Source: Vezdaea acicularis
Lineage: Eukaryota
Length of the DNA stretch: 64,000 bases
NCBI GenBank assembly: GCA_026025075.1
Contig: JAPEUI010000003.1
Location: 1-64,000 of the forward strand
Direction of reading: 5' to 3'
Part shown: positions 35,480-47,540 of the stretch, in pieces
Layout of the letters: each line of letters starts with the position of its first letter
Numbering within the stretch: position 1 is the stretch's first letter
Translations under genes and position numbers: made by a program
The notes under the pieces: generated by a model
What the model was told of the DNA's origin: nothing
The model's database searches: none
Seen by the model: the letters and a program-made list of their open reading frames with translations, nothing else

Positions 35480-36744
35480 AGACCCCGGGCAGCCCAGCGA
35501 ACTCTAATGCCGTTACGTATGACTGATGTTGGTGGCTTCGTAACATTACTGTTGCTACGATCTACTGACGTTTTCTCAATTCACAAAGGATAACAAACAT
35601 CTGAGGGCAAATACCCCCGAACTCTTTTTCCAGGATCTATTTGGATTATGAAGAAACGTCCCCGCTTATTTTCAGCACATCTCGTTACGGCCTCTCGAGC
35701 ATAGATCTTCTGATCATGTTAACGGCAAGTTCAGTTTGATTGTCCGTGAAAAGGTAGCTTCTAGGCTTTGAAGAGCATTCTAAAGCCCGAAAAAGAGTGC
35801 GATTGATGGCATAATATCTTGCCACGGATCGTGGTATGAGAGCTACTTGTTTGAGGGAAAAGGCATCCTCAAATTGGCATACTAGAATTCTCATAGCTAC
35901 CATCAAATACTCTACGGCGTTTTGGGGTTGTGCCAGTCAACGACACCATTGGAATCGTGCCATCTTTGGAAATCAAAAGGCGGGGAATATACCAACTGCA
36001 GAAGTGCTGGCTTGCTAATCTCCGTACCTGTCAATTTCCAATAGGCGTCATGGACTGTTCAGGGGAGAACGAAGCGACGGGACAGTACGTAGAGAACGAA
36101 GCCAGATTTTCATAGTTTCAGACTTTCAACATAAATACAACACAAGTACCCTCGCCTTCTCTCCTATTTTCTAGCTGTAGATATATTGAGAATTCATATT
36201 TGCACTGAAGTGATGACGCGGCTTAATCCTACAGCGAAGAGACTTTGCTTTAAGAGGTCTAGCTGTCAGGCTTCAACCTTAGTTACCGAGGACTCGACTC
36301 GTGGTGGCTACGTACCCGCGCTCAAAACTCTCGAGCAAAACTTTTGCCTAGCGCATGTACCATCAGCAAGAGCACAGTGGACAGATCTCCTTCCAGACGG
36401 CCTCATTTCACACAATTGAAAGCGAATCCGATGATAGACACTATGTCGTCTTCATTTCGCTCGGGGTTTTCTCCTGCGTCCTGCTGTAGGTACAAGCGTA
36501 CTCATAAGCGGCAGAAAAATGAGGCGGTGTCAGTCATATCTACTCAGTCCGAGATGGTTGGTTGACAAGGTTGATTCTTGGGACAAGGCTGCCTAGAACG
36601 AGATTTCTAGAGAAGCCTTTCCTAGCTTCAAGAGACGAATCTCACACGTATGGACATGACTTCAAAATACAGTCTAGGCAGCAGTCCAAAATCTTAACTT
36701 TAAGAGCTGCGCATTTGTCTTGCGGTGGGGGCTGCAAGCAAGCG

Positions 36745-39333
36745 ATGCACCAACGTGGGGCCACTGAAGACCACGAGCCAATTCCGTTCGAGAAGACATT
36801 TTGGCGCTCACAGAGCTTACGAAAGAGGGTCTTGGGACGGAGGATACTGAGGCTACGGAATTCCTCGCATGAGACGATGACGGACTTGGACTCCATCGAC
36901 TTTCTACATTCGCCATATCCCACATCCCCACTACATCTACTTCCGGAGGGCTCAAACTCCCCGCCATGCCCCGATTCAGATCCATTATGGCGGTTCCCTT
37001 CCGAGGTGTTCGAGAAAATCATGTCATTTTGTTCTTTTGTAACTCTTGACTCAGCTCGATATGTCAGCCGGGACTGGTATCGGCGGATTATGGGGGACCC
37101 CTGGATACTCAAGTCAGCACTATCTCCATTTAGTGATCCCATATGGATTGCTTACATTTCCCACTGCAATGAGTTGTCGGAAGCAGAAAAGGCCAAGACT
37201 TTGCGCCAATTGGCCATCATGTTCGATACTGCCTCCCATCCCGTTCGGACCAATCAAAGTGATGAGAAGTGGAGGATCAGATACAGGTTAAGCAGGCTTG
37301 AGTTCAATATCAACAAGAGCAAAATATCTGAGGGCCTCAATCGAGCTATCACTTTCGTTACAGTCTCTGGGTCAGGAGGTCTTGTAGCCTTCATCGTTCG
37401 CCACGATTCATGTATCCGCGACGGAGCGGTAGAGGTAGAAGGGGCAACCCCGCAATACACAGTTCTGGTCTACCACCTCAGGCCAGGTAATACTCCTGGG
37501 ATTGTGGCGTCTCTCCGCTGCCCTACCGAGTACGGCAGGCCTACGCACGTTCAGATCATTGAAGGCCACTACAGAGTATATTGGGTTGCCAAGATCACCT
37601 TTGCAGACCTCAGGGAGATACGTATGCATCCGCCTCCATCAGAGCAACACCCTGTCCCCAAACTCGCTGTCGAAGATGTATATCCGACCTTAGACACCGA
37701 AGCTGTGGGAAGCGATGGGCAACCACGGTTTACATTTCCCGGCTACCGCAAAGGCGGATGGCACAACTTCGAGACGCCTAGCTATACAGAGACTCACTGG
37801 TCTGATACCATCACCCCGTCAAAACTGAGCGGAAACACTCCGGAAAACCTCGGCCACATGGCCTTGAAGAGTTTACAAGAGCGCCACGCCATTGACAATT
37901 ACCCTGTACCCAAGAACAACAATTGGCGACTACTCGAGAACCTACATGTAGATGCCTACGACAAAGTCGCTTGGCGCTCCAGATGCCCTAAACCCGTCAA
38001 ACACTACACAGTAGCCGAATTACACAATTTTGGCCTCCCAGATTTATTCATCGGATGGTACTGGGTAGCACGATGGGAACCCACCGGTGCTCTGTTCATT
38101 GTTTGTCTCGAAAATGGTAAAAACCCACTCATATCCCTCAAGCGCGGCGAAGCCGTTTCGGTGCGTAGGATTGCCCTCCTCACACCTCCGTACGATGGCT
38201 ACATGTATAAGAACATCGTCGCGGCACCGGAAGTCCTCATCGGCCGATCGCGTACTCTTCGCATTGGCGTCATCTGGCAGCACCCAGGCTCAGGCCAGGC
38301 GCCCGTCACTAGCAATGTCCTCTTCCTCTACGACTTCAAGATGCTGTACCTGGGTCCCGACAACCGGCAATTTGACAAACAGCAGATCATTCCGTCGCCG
38401 GGCCTGCGCCAGTCCCCGAGGAGCCGCGGCTTCCCCATTGAGTGGGAGGTCGACCTTGACGGGCGCTATTGCGGGCCCACAGATATGGCGAGCCTCGAAA
38501 TTCCATATCCCTTGAACGACCATAATGTCAAGCTCACTTCGCATGGTCAAAATATCGAGTTTCTCACCAAACTCGCAAAAAAGGGCCCCCTAACGCCGAT
38601 GCGCGTGTGCACGCTCGGTCCGAAGCAGGGGGGACTGCACTGGTCGTCGCCCCTCCTGACCGAAGGCGACGAAGGCCTCGACTGGACCTTAAAGGAGGTC
38701 GCACTAGGCGGCATGCGCTTCCAGGGCGACGGGCAGAGCGAGATGCGCGTCTGGGGACCCTCGTCCACATCCCCTGGCGTCGATACAGGTGCTATCGACG
38801 TCGACATATTCGAGCTCGGAGTCGGCCGGATGGGCACGAGATGCTACGACCGCATCGTAGGGCCACGAGACCAGCTGTGGGCGCGTTTTGGCTTCTACGA
38901 CAAGGCCTGCATGTGCATCCTACACGACAGCGGGTACCGCATCACGCTACCAGACGTCGCGGACGTGGAACGCGCGAACCGCAATGCGGCTGCGCGCCGG
39001 AAGAAACCAAAGTCTTTTGTCCTCCTGTCCATCGGAAAGAGCGATGGTTCCCCCTTTTCGCCAAAGCCGCCCAAGGACGAGGTCAAGAGCTGGGATAGTG
39101 CCCCGAGGAGGGAGGCTCTCCGCCTGATGGTGGAGAGGAGGGAGGAGTATCGGCTTCGGCTTGCGAGGGAGGAGGTCGAGCGGAAGGAGCGGATCTTGGA
39201 TAGGGTGCGTACGGGGCGCTTGGCTAGTGGGGACGCGGACGGGGCGTGGGAGGGGCAGGAGGGTATGGAACATGTGATGGCGGCGAATGGGTGGGAGAGG
39301 TGGCGGAGGAAGTTAGTTAGTTGGAGGGGATGA
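36745..39333 (+). CDS. F-box protein with long uncharacterised C-terminal region
   Basis: Single uninterrupted ORF. F-box DPLWRFPSEVFEKIMSFCSFVTLDSARYVSRDWYRRI. First ATG is 36745; 36877 is an alternative start. Confidence 0.8.
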   Translation: MHQRGATEDHEPIPFEKTFWRSQSLRKRVLGRRILRLRNSSHETMTDLDSIDFLHSPYPTSPLHLLPEGSNSPPCPDSDPLWRFPSEVFEKIMSFCSFVTLDSARYVSRDWYRRIMGDPWILKSALSPFSDPIWIAYISHCNELSEAEKAKTLRQLAIMFDTASHPVRTNQSDEKWRIRYRLSRLEFNINKSKISEGLNRAITFVTVSGSGGLVAFIVRHDSCIRDGAVEVEGATPQYTVLVYHLRPGNTPGIVASLRCPTEYGRPTHVQIIEGHYRVYWVAKITFADLREIRMHPPPSEQHPVPKLAVEDVYPTLDTEAVGSDGQPRFTFPGYRKGGWHNFETPSYTETHWSDTITPSKLSGNTPENLGHMALKSLQERHAIDNYPVPKNNNWRLLENLHVDAYDKVAWRSRCPKPVKHYTVAELHNFGLPDLFIGWYWVARWEPTGALFIVCLENGKNPLISLKRGEAVSVRRIALLTPPYDGYMYKNIVAAPEVLIGRSRTLRIGVIWQHPGSGQAPVTSNVLFLYDFKMLYLGPDNRQFDKQQIIPSPGLRQSPRSRGFPIEWEVDLDGRYCGPTDMASLEIPYPLNDHNVKLTSHGQNIEFLTKLAKKGPLTPMRVCTLGPKQGGLHWSSPLLTEGDEGLDWTLKEVALGGMRFQGDGQSEMRVWGPSSTSPGVDTGAIDVDIFELGVGRMGTRCYDRIVGPRDQLWARFGFYDKACMCILHDSGYRITLPDVADVERANRNAAARRKKPKSFVLLSIGKSDGSPFSPKPPKDEVKSWDSAPRREALRLMVERREEYRLRLAREEVERKERILDRVRTGRLASGDADGAWEGQEGMEHVMAANGWERWRRKLVSWRG

Positions 39334-39879
39334 GCTTAGGACTTCCGTGATCGGATGCGTCGTGGCTTGGGCTTGGCTTGTGATTGTATACCCCCCATTG
39401 CTTGCATCAGATAGGGGCACTCTCAATGGATCCAGTTGTCATGAGTTCAGACACGATACTGGGTATCCTTTCTCTCTCTCTCATCATAGATCAGGTATCT
39501 CATTACTCCTCTCCTGGCGCAATAGCGCTTCTTCTCAACTCTCCCCTCCCCCCTTAGACAGCTCCCCGCCAATCTATCGTGCCAATCTCCCAGCTCATGA
39601 ATCGGGAAGCCGGGAATCACATCATCACGCCAACGCGCCGAAGCATAAGAAAACGCCACGCTCTGAAAAGCACTCCTTGCTCCCAGCTAGCATATCGTCA
39701 TCAACCATTCCATAACGCTCTGCTTCCTTCCCTTCCGTCTCTGTCTGCGCTGAATTAAGCCATGGTATCTCGACCGGGCAGTCCGTAGTAAATTAAGTTA
39801 TTCATGGCCGTTGAAAGAAGAAAGAAGACCGTGATAAGAATCGTGGTAAGGAGGCATGAAAGAATCGCAAGGGAGGTGG

Positions 39880-41227
39880 CTAGGAGGGCGGTTTCTCCTT
39901 CGCCAGGGAGAGCTTCTCTAGTTTCTCCTGTACGCTCCTCACGATCTCCGGATCGAGGTCTGGCTTCTCTTTCGGTTTCTTCTTCGGCCTGTCACTCTAT
40001 CGTTAGCGAAAAAGCTCGATGACTGAAGACTCCTAGGGAGGGGAAGGGCTGGTCGAGGCTGGACTTACGGATATCGTTTACAGTCCCCACACCGGCCATG
40101 GCCACAGGCGCCACACGTCTTCTCGCCGTCGACGAAATACTTCTCGCACGCATGACAGACCCACTTGACCCTCCTGACAGGCTTGCGCAGCACCCGCTCC
40201 TGCAGCTGGCGGGGCGGTGCGGGCTCCACCACGGCGGGAACGTCCCCGGAGTAGCCATTTGGGTATTTCTTCTTGTGTGCGGGATCGCGCGGACAGTCGG
40301 AGCAGCGGACGTGGGTGCAGTTTGGACAGACCTTCTCGCGGCCAAACTCGGTCTGGCATCGATGGCAGGTGCGGTGGACGCGCTGGCGGGCGGGCTTGTA
40401 GACCAGGTCCTGGGCGCCCGTCCGCGAGGGGATGCGCAATTGGCCTTTCAGCTGCCGCGTCCGGCTGTCCTCGCCGTACCTGATGCCTGTTGCGGGCGTG
40501 CGCAGAGGCAGGCCTGGTGCGGCGGCGCCCGTGGATCTGCTCTTCCCTGGCCCACCGTCACCGGCGCCGCTGCTCTTCGACTTCTTGGCGGGGTATCGCG
40601 GACACGCCTGGCATCTCGTATGGCCGCATTGCGGGTTCGGGCAGACTTTGCTGCGGGCGAAGGCCGTCGCGCACTGGTGGCAGTGGCGGTGGACGCGCAT
40701 CCGGATGGGCTTCTCGACGCGCTCAACGGGCTCGCGGGTGGGGAAGCTCCATTCGTGAGGTTCCAACGTGAGACCGTATTTGGCGAAGAGGGCGCGGGCT
40801 TTTTCTTGCTGGATAGCGGAGCGTTGCTCGGCACTTATGAGGGTGGTTTGTTGGCGGGCGCGGATGTTTGAGGACGTGCCTTTGGAGGCGGGATTTGTGG
40901 AGGAGTTCGTAGGGAGACTCGTTGGAGGGATTGCGGGAGTTGCGGAGGGATTTGCGGGAGGATTTGGAGGCGCAGAGGTCGTGATTGCTGTGGTGTGAGT
41001 GGGAGTGGTGGTAGAGGGTCTGGGAGAGAGGGTTAGCATCATTGTCAAAAAAAGATCAAATGGACATCTGAGACATACGCGCTCGGAGTTGCAAGAGCAG
41101 AGGTTCCAGAGATCGACTGTCTCTTGCTTTTGTCCCTCGACAGCACTGTCTTCGCTCTACTGAGGAGTTTCGTGAGGCTCTGACGCCTACCCGCTGTGGG
41201 GTCGGAGTCTTCTAGTGGTGCACTCAT
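39880..41227 (-). CDS. Fungal protein with three Cys/His zinc-binding repeats (402 aa)
   Basis: complement(join(39880..39988,40069..41019,41079..41227)). Three copies of CHxC-x8-CxxC-x-H-x-RCxxC-x-R (the first has a slightly longer spacer). Confidence 0.85.
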
Positions 41228-43190
41228 TTCGAGTTGATTATCGACACATGTAGCTGGTTATATCGGCGACACAAGATACGTCCAAGCTCTAAAAAGCGCG
41301 TATCGTGTCGTATATACGTATCGGGACAGCCTCTTGTCGAGTCCCAGGTGGATAGAAACGGCGGATAAGATCCAACTCTAACACCGGCTCTCACAGCTTT
41401 TCCGATCACGAAATCGCAATGCTGAAGTCTAATCTACCCCACACGAGCCTCTCCGATCCCTCGAATTCTTCAGGAAGCCGTTGAGAATGTTTCGTCGTGC
41501 CGGGTCGATCTTGTCCAACATGGAATATTGGGGCGACCCAGCTTTATGGTTAGTGGTTGAACAGCAGTTGCCCAGCAGTTGCGAGGCGAGCCGACCGTGC
41601 TCCTCTTGGTACGGGTTCGGGACCGCTGCCCCAAGCGAAAGATCACTGGGAGGACGGAGAACCCAGCACCAGCTCGACGGGTCGATTGTATAGACGAGAA
41701 CTGCGTTGGTGACGCTGACGATGTGGAGACGTTCGGTGGGTGTTGATGGAGAGGGAAGAAAGGGTCGGGAGGTTGAGGACGCTGAGCGGCGGCGATGTGT
41801 CGAGGCCTCGCATTCGACCTAAACTGGCCCAGTCAAAGGAGCGGGCGTTTGGGTCTCGAGTGGCTCAAGTGGTAGCTCGGGATCTTGAGCGTTTCGGCGA
41901 CGCTAAAACATCGGGAGGAGAGGAAGAGGCCGCAATGTTCGGTGGATGCGAAGATGCAGCGGAGGGACGGGCCATCATCCCACGAAGCCAACCACGGCGC
42001 GATACGACAACAAGGGCGTCGCTTAGGCCACCGACGGATGGAGAAGGGCGCAAACCCAGCAGAGACGGTGGATTGATCGTGGCTTTTGGTCAACGCGCTG
42101 GTCGAGTGCTCTGTGAAGGCGGCAGAGCGGCAACGGCTACACCTGCTGCGTGCGATACGCAAGGTAAGTATGCTGGTGACTGTGAATTCGACTACGGAAG
42201 GAAATAAGGGTAAACTTGTCCAATGCCCTCCTCTCCTGGCATTGTGGACGAGCAATTGGTTGCAGCTGTCCCCGATCTGCCTTTCGCATAAACGGGCCCC
42301 CCCCTGCGCTATGGTCAGCTAACTGTTCAAGCCATGCGGGACGAACTCAAACGAGATAAGAAGAGGCAAAGGAAGAGAGAAGAAACGCTTTGGTCCGCGT
42401 CTTCCCAGACGCCGACGGATCAACCCACACATGAGGCGGAATGTCAATACGACTTAGCCCGTACCCGTACCGTCAAGGTGTGTCAAGAGGAAGTAGACAT
42501 TGGTAGCGAATGCAACAAGGACGGAACGAAGGACTTCATTCGCAGGAGCAATTCCCGCGGTAGTGGCTGCTGGACCGTAGGGCAAAGGGCAAAGGGTCAC
42601 CGCCTTCGAGCGAACGTTGATAGGACGCCACAGCAATACCCACATATCGCTTTTCAATTCACCCGTCTGTGCACACTTAGCCTAGTCATGTCGACGCGGG
42701 GAATTTTCCAAGACACTGGATCAAGACGGGGAACGGTCGATTGCACACATGAACGAGAAACAACGTGCTGGAAAAGTCTCCGTGAGACAGCAGCCGCTGT
42801 GTGATTGATCGACCTGCACATGTACGTCGTGGCACTGTGGGGCGGCCCCATTGGACGCATGCGGCGCTACACAATTCGATGCGTCTGAATGCGTCTTAAT
42901 GCGTCTATTGGATTTGCCAGCGTCTATCCTGCTGGTGGTGCTCATACTAGATGCTTGTGGCGGACATGTGAGACCCCCCTCTCCCTACCTATGCCCAACG
43001 GGCGCGGCGTGTAATATCCACGTCCTCCACCCTGTTCACCGAGATCGTGCCATACTCAGAGAGCCAGACCAGGCAAGGACCTCTAGTCCATAGAGCCAAC
43101 AGTCGGGCAGGCTGCATAAGTCGTTGAAAAAGAAAAAGCTAGATCGCAGCATCCGATCAAATTCCTCGTGTCATGTGAGAACCATGGCGG

Positions 43191-46100
43191 CTAACGCCCT
43201 TGCGACAGCGAAGATGAAGTCTTGCGCTTCGAAACCCTCTCGTTGTGGGAGTGAGAATCGTCGGCGAGATCGTTCATAGACTTGCGCTTGCGCCCGGTCG
43301 TGGGAACCTCCGTAACCTCAAGTGTTGGAGTCGATACGCCCGATGTCTCAATAGTGGTGTCGTCAGTGAGACTCACAGCCTCAGATGCCTGTCCCTCACC
43401 CGCGAGCCTCAATTCCTCCCCTTTCATATCGAACCAAGCCTCCATCTCTGTCTCTATGTAGTACTTCCAGCCAGGGTCCTCCTTGAGATATTCCTTGCAG
43501 TCTGGACAGCAAATGAAGGTTGCCTGGTCCACCGCACCGAAATCTAGCATCTCAAACTCCCTCAGAGTGTCACCAAGCAGATCGGTGTTATCGAAATCGA
43601 GACAGTCCTCACAGTACGCACGAGGACACCACCGACAGCGATAGAGCATTCCCCCGGCGTCGGAGTTCTTCTGTTCGCAGTCATAGCATTGGTGCTGATC
43701 ACAGAAAAACTGTCCCATGCCGGACTTTGCTCGGGCCCTGGTCTCTTTAGGTAGACATTGCAGATGATAAGACCGAGGGCAGCCGGTGCAAAGTGTGATG
43801 GTGCCTCCATCCTTGCAGATATGGCAGTACTATCGCGAGGGTCAGCGTTATCACACAAGCAATGAGGTTGGCATCTTACCTCTTCATTATTCACCTTTCG
43901 CTTCTTGCGTTTTGGTGGTGGAGGTCCCAGCGAGGATGTCATCGTCGGGACTGCCTCCCAGTCCTTACATCGCATACTCTCCTTGTTAATGGCGTATCCA
44001 TCGACCATGACAGTCGTATTCTTTCCAACTCGCCTGTCTGCTCTCTCCCAATCGAGACGTATATCAGCATTTGAGTCTCTACCTTTCTCTTTGGCGTATT
44101 TCTTGCCATCAAAGACACGGCACTCAACCCGCTCCATTTGAGAGAGCCACTTTGCTTCCTCATTTTCGTCAAGTTCATCCTTGGTCACCTCGGGCTTGAC
44201 TGACAAGTCGGCGGGCTTATCACGGCATTTTTCGAGTATAGTGTCCCAGTCCCAAGAGATCATTTCATCAACATTGGCCTCTGGGTGAACCAAAGTCTGG
44301 GCGCCTCGACGCACCAACGCCATGAGTTGACCGGCATTCATTTGAGGCATGTCATCGGTATTGCTAGCACTATGGCGAGTTTTACTTTTCCTCTGCTTTG
44401 ACTCTGGGCCATGGATGTCTCGCATACTTTCCATGACCTTAGCGGAAAGGTACAATTTCTTCTGGATTCGGCCCATCATTTGCTCCTCAACTGTTCCTTG
44501 AGAGCATAATTTGTAGACGGTCACCGGGTTCTTCTGTCCGATTCGATGGGCACGAGCCTCTGCTTGAAGCGTGATTTGTGGGTTCCAGTCGTGATCAAAC
44601 ATGACAACATCTGAAGCCGTGGCCAGGTTGATCCCGAGACCACCAGCTCTAGTTGAGATGAGCATGACCTTGCAACTAGAGTCGTGCTTGTTAAACTGAC
44701 GAATACCGAGATTCCTCCTGGCTCGACAAGTCCCGCCATCTAGACGACAGTAGTCGAACTTGCTTCCATCCTCACTTTTCATGATCATCAGGTCCTCAAT
44801 GAGATTGAGTGTCATTGAGAAGCCAGAAAAAATCAAGATCTTCTTTCCCTGTTTGAGGACGAGCTCGTCCACCAATTTGTTGAGAACAACAAATTTTCCC
44901 GAAGCCTGGATGAGATGATCGCCGAGGTAGAAAGGATCAGGTTGAGCGCCCGGCAGAGTATATGGATGGTTGCAGCACTTGGAGACGTCAGCAAAGGAAT
45001 GGAACTATCAAACGAATTGGCAAACCTTTCTGAGTTGCATCAGCAAATTCATAAGCTTCTGGTAGTCAGACTTGTTGTTCGTCTTTTCCTCCCCCGTCTC
45101 TAAAGCCTTTCGCAAAATCTCTTTCGACTCCTGCCATTTGTCATTGATGGCCTCGTTGTTGAGCTCTTGCTCTGCCACGTCCTCAACATTAGGGATCTCA
45201 AAAAGCTTGAGCTTTCTATCTTCCTCGGCATCTTTCAAACGAGCACTTTCCTCCTTACCCTTTGCGTCTTTGAAGAGCTGCTCTAGTATACCTTTATCCA
45301 TCCGAGAGAGAAGTCTCTCGTACCAGAAGCGTTGCATTGGAGTGAGTGGCACGAAGAGCAGTATATCCGTCTTTGGCGGAAGGTTCAAGTTCACGCCAGG
45401 GCTGTTTTTCATCCTCCGAAGCATGACAAGCTCAAGCAACCTTCGCGCGTCATCAAGGACGGACGTTCTAACTTGGCCCATCGTGAGGTTGAATGATGCG
45501 CTGAAGAGGTCCTGTGTGACAGTAGTGAAGACCTCAGGATATAGCCAGTGCAGCAGAGCCCACAGTTCAGTCATGTCGTTCTGGAGAGGGGTCCCGGTAA
45601 GAATGAGTCGCATTTCGGCTTGCAGGCCTTGCAGGGAGCGAGAGACCGCTGTGAGTTCATTCTTGATTTTGTGGCCCTCATCAAGCACAACATACTTCCA
45701 TACAAAAGCACGCTTGAACCACGCATTCTCCGCCTGATAAGTCTCGTAAGTGGTGACAATCAGGTCAATATTACGTTTGTCTAGCTCAAGCTCTTCTTCA
45801 TTTTCACTGTCAAGCGAAATGATCGGTACACCTGTCGAAGTCTTATCATCAGACTTTCTTGCCTTCTGTGGCTTGTGGCGGAGTTGACGTCCTTGTAAGT
45901 CTATCTTGCCTTCGGCTACTTCTTTCAATCGACTTCTCTCGTGAGTTGGACCGTGGAATCGAAGCACTTTCAGTCCTGGTGTCCATCTGGACGCTTCGGC
46001 CATCCAAGAACTGAGTACACTGAGAGGGCAAACTACCAAACAGGGTCTGATCAAGTCATCCGAGGTTGTAGGTTCATTCTCTTTCAACCATTGGAAGAGG

Positions 46101-47043
46101 GACAGGGTTTGTAGCGTCTTCCCAAGACCCATCTCATCGCCGAGAATGCCTGAAAGGCCGTTTCTATGCAGATAGACAAGGAATGAAAGGCCAGAGAGCT
46201 GATACTCCTTCATAGTAGCTTTGATTCTGTAGAGAAATATGTGCTTAGTGATTGTTATACATGAATCGTTGAACGAGGAGCTCACCCTTTAGGCTGTTCA
46301 ATTGGCTCATAATCATGAATTGTGATCTCAGCTAAACGGGCTCTTCGAGACTCTGCGTCTACTTCCTCCGCTTCATCCATCTCCATTGTCTTATCTGATA
46401 CATGGGGTTTCTTGTCTTCGACCGCGGCAGCTTTACCATCAAGGGCCATCGTATCTTCCTCCACCTTATTATCTGGAATCTCCAGCTCTCCATTCTCGGC
46501 TTTCTTAACAAGTCTCTGGATGAAGTTGCTTTCTGGCAAAAGAGGCAGGAAAAGATCTTTCTTCGAGACGAAGAAGCGATGTCTTTTGTTTGCCGTTTTG
46601 GTCGCAATTTGATGTCGAAGAGCGACTCTAGCGCTCTGAGCTACTTGTATTGAGTTGGCATTATTTCCACGCCGTCGCTTTACTGGCGACTCCAAGTCTT
46701 GGGAAAACGGATCGTCAACGTCGTGCCCGTACGGGGATCCTCCGTCTGAAGAGCCAGATTCCTCGTAGACTACATTGGATGCCTTCCGACGCAGATTTCG
46801 AGGTGTCGAATGTGGTTTTGGTCTGGGAGACGGGCGACTCTGTGTGACCTTACGAGTCTTTTGACGCTCATTATTGATCGCTTTCTCCGACAGCGCAGTC
46901 GCTCTGGACGATCTTCGGACGGCCATTGACCTGGACCTGGAGGAGGTATTGGGCGGAAGTTCATTCATGTCTGGAGTGACTCGAGCGGAAGACATTGCTG
47001 AACCCCAGTCTTCAGCGAACGGGTCTTCAACTGAGTTTGTCAT
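43191..47043 (-). CDS. SNF2-family chromatin-remodelling ATPase (ISWI/CHD-like) with C-terminal PHD and second Cys/His finger (1231 aa)
   Basis: complement(join(43191..43829,43880..44977,45026..46226,46286..47043)). Motifs GDEMGLGKT, DEGH, LTGTPLQN, LRKCCNHPY, STRAGGLGINL, QAEARAHRIGQ. PHD CHICKDGG..CTGCPRSYHLQC, then CDQHQCYDC..CRWCPRAYCEDC..CPDC. Confidence 0.93.
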
Positions 47044-47540
47044 TGCAAAAGATGTTTGCTCAGGTGTATTGCGCCGACTGTGAATGAATTTCGCGAAACG
47101 ACATGGCCGAACGCGTCAGATTTTGGAAGACGCGACGGAAAGTTGACCGGAATGGGCTAAATGGGTGCAAGGGTGCCCTACCGATTGGGTGAAGCGGACA
47201 CTTTACAGGGACATGTCTGCTCTGATTCGCCATTCATCTCGGGATTCTTACCATCGTCATTTCAACACTGAACGAGATTCACTCATGGATCCACTACTAT
47301 ATCGCGCTATCACATTGAGAGAACTGCCCAAATGTCGTACAATGTGCCCCGGTATACCTTTGGCCCTTTGAGTGTAAGGCTTATGGATTTCCATACCAGG
47401 GCCGTGAATTACCACCTTATCCAATGGTTGTGCTCCGATTTCTTTAACGAAATCGATCTGTCACGTGATTTGCTTGCCAAAATGTAGTGCCACTACCTCT
47501 GATCCAAGCCATGCTCTGCCATATATAGAAAGGTGCAACG
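47044..47540. promoter_or_regulatory. Shared divergent intergenic region (497 bp) between the SNF2-PHD and Clr2-N genes
   Basis: Head-to-head ATGs at 47043 (-) and 47541 (+). TATATA at 47522 sits just before the + gene. Confidence 0.6.

Noticed and set aside
7349..39333. Starship or other giant mobile element
   Set aside because: No tyrosine-recombinase captain gene or boundary repeats seen, and core genes (SDR, ras1, GMF) lie in the middle.
41300..43100. Dense stack of 60-156 aa ORFs on both strands
   Set aside because: Mostly non-ATG starts, no domains, mutually overlapping; expected in GC-rich intergenic DNA.
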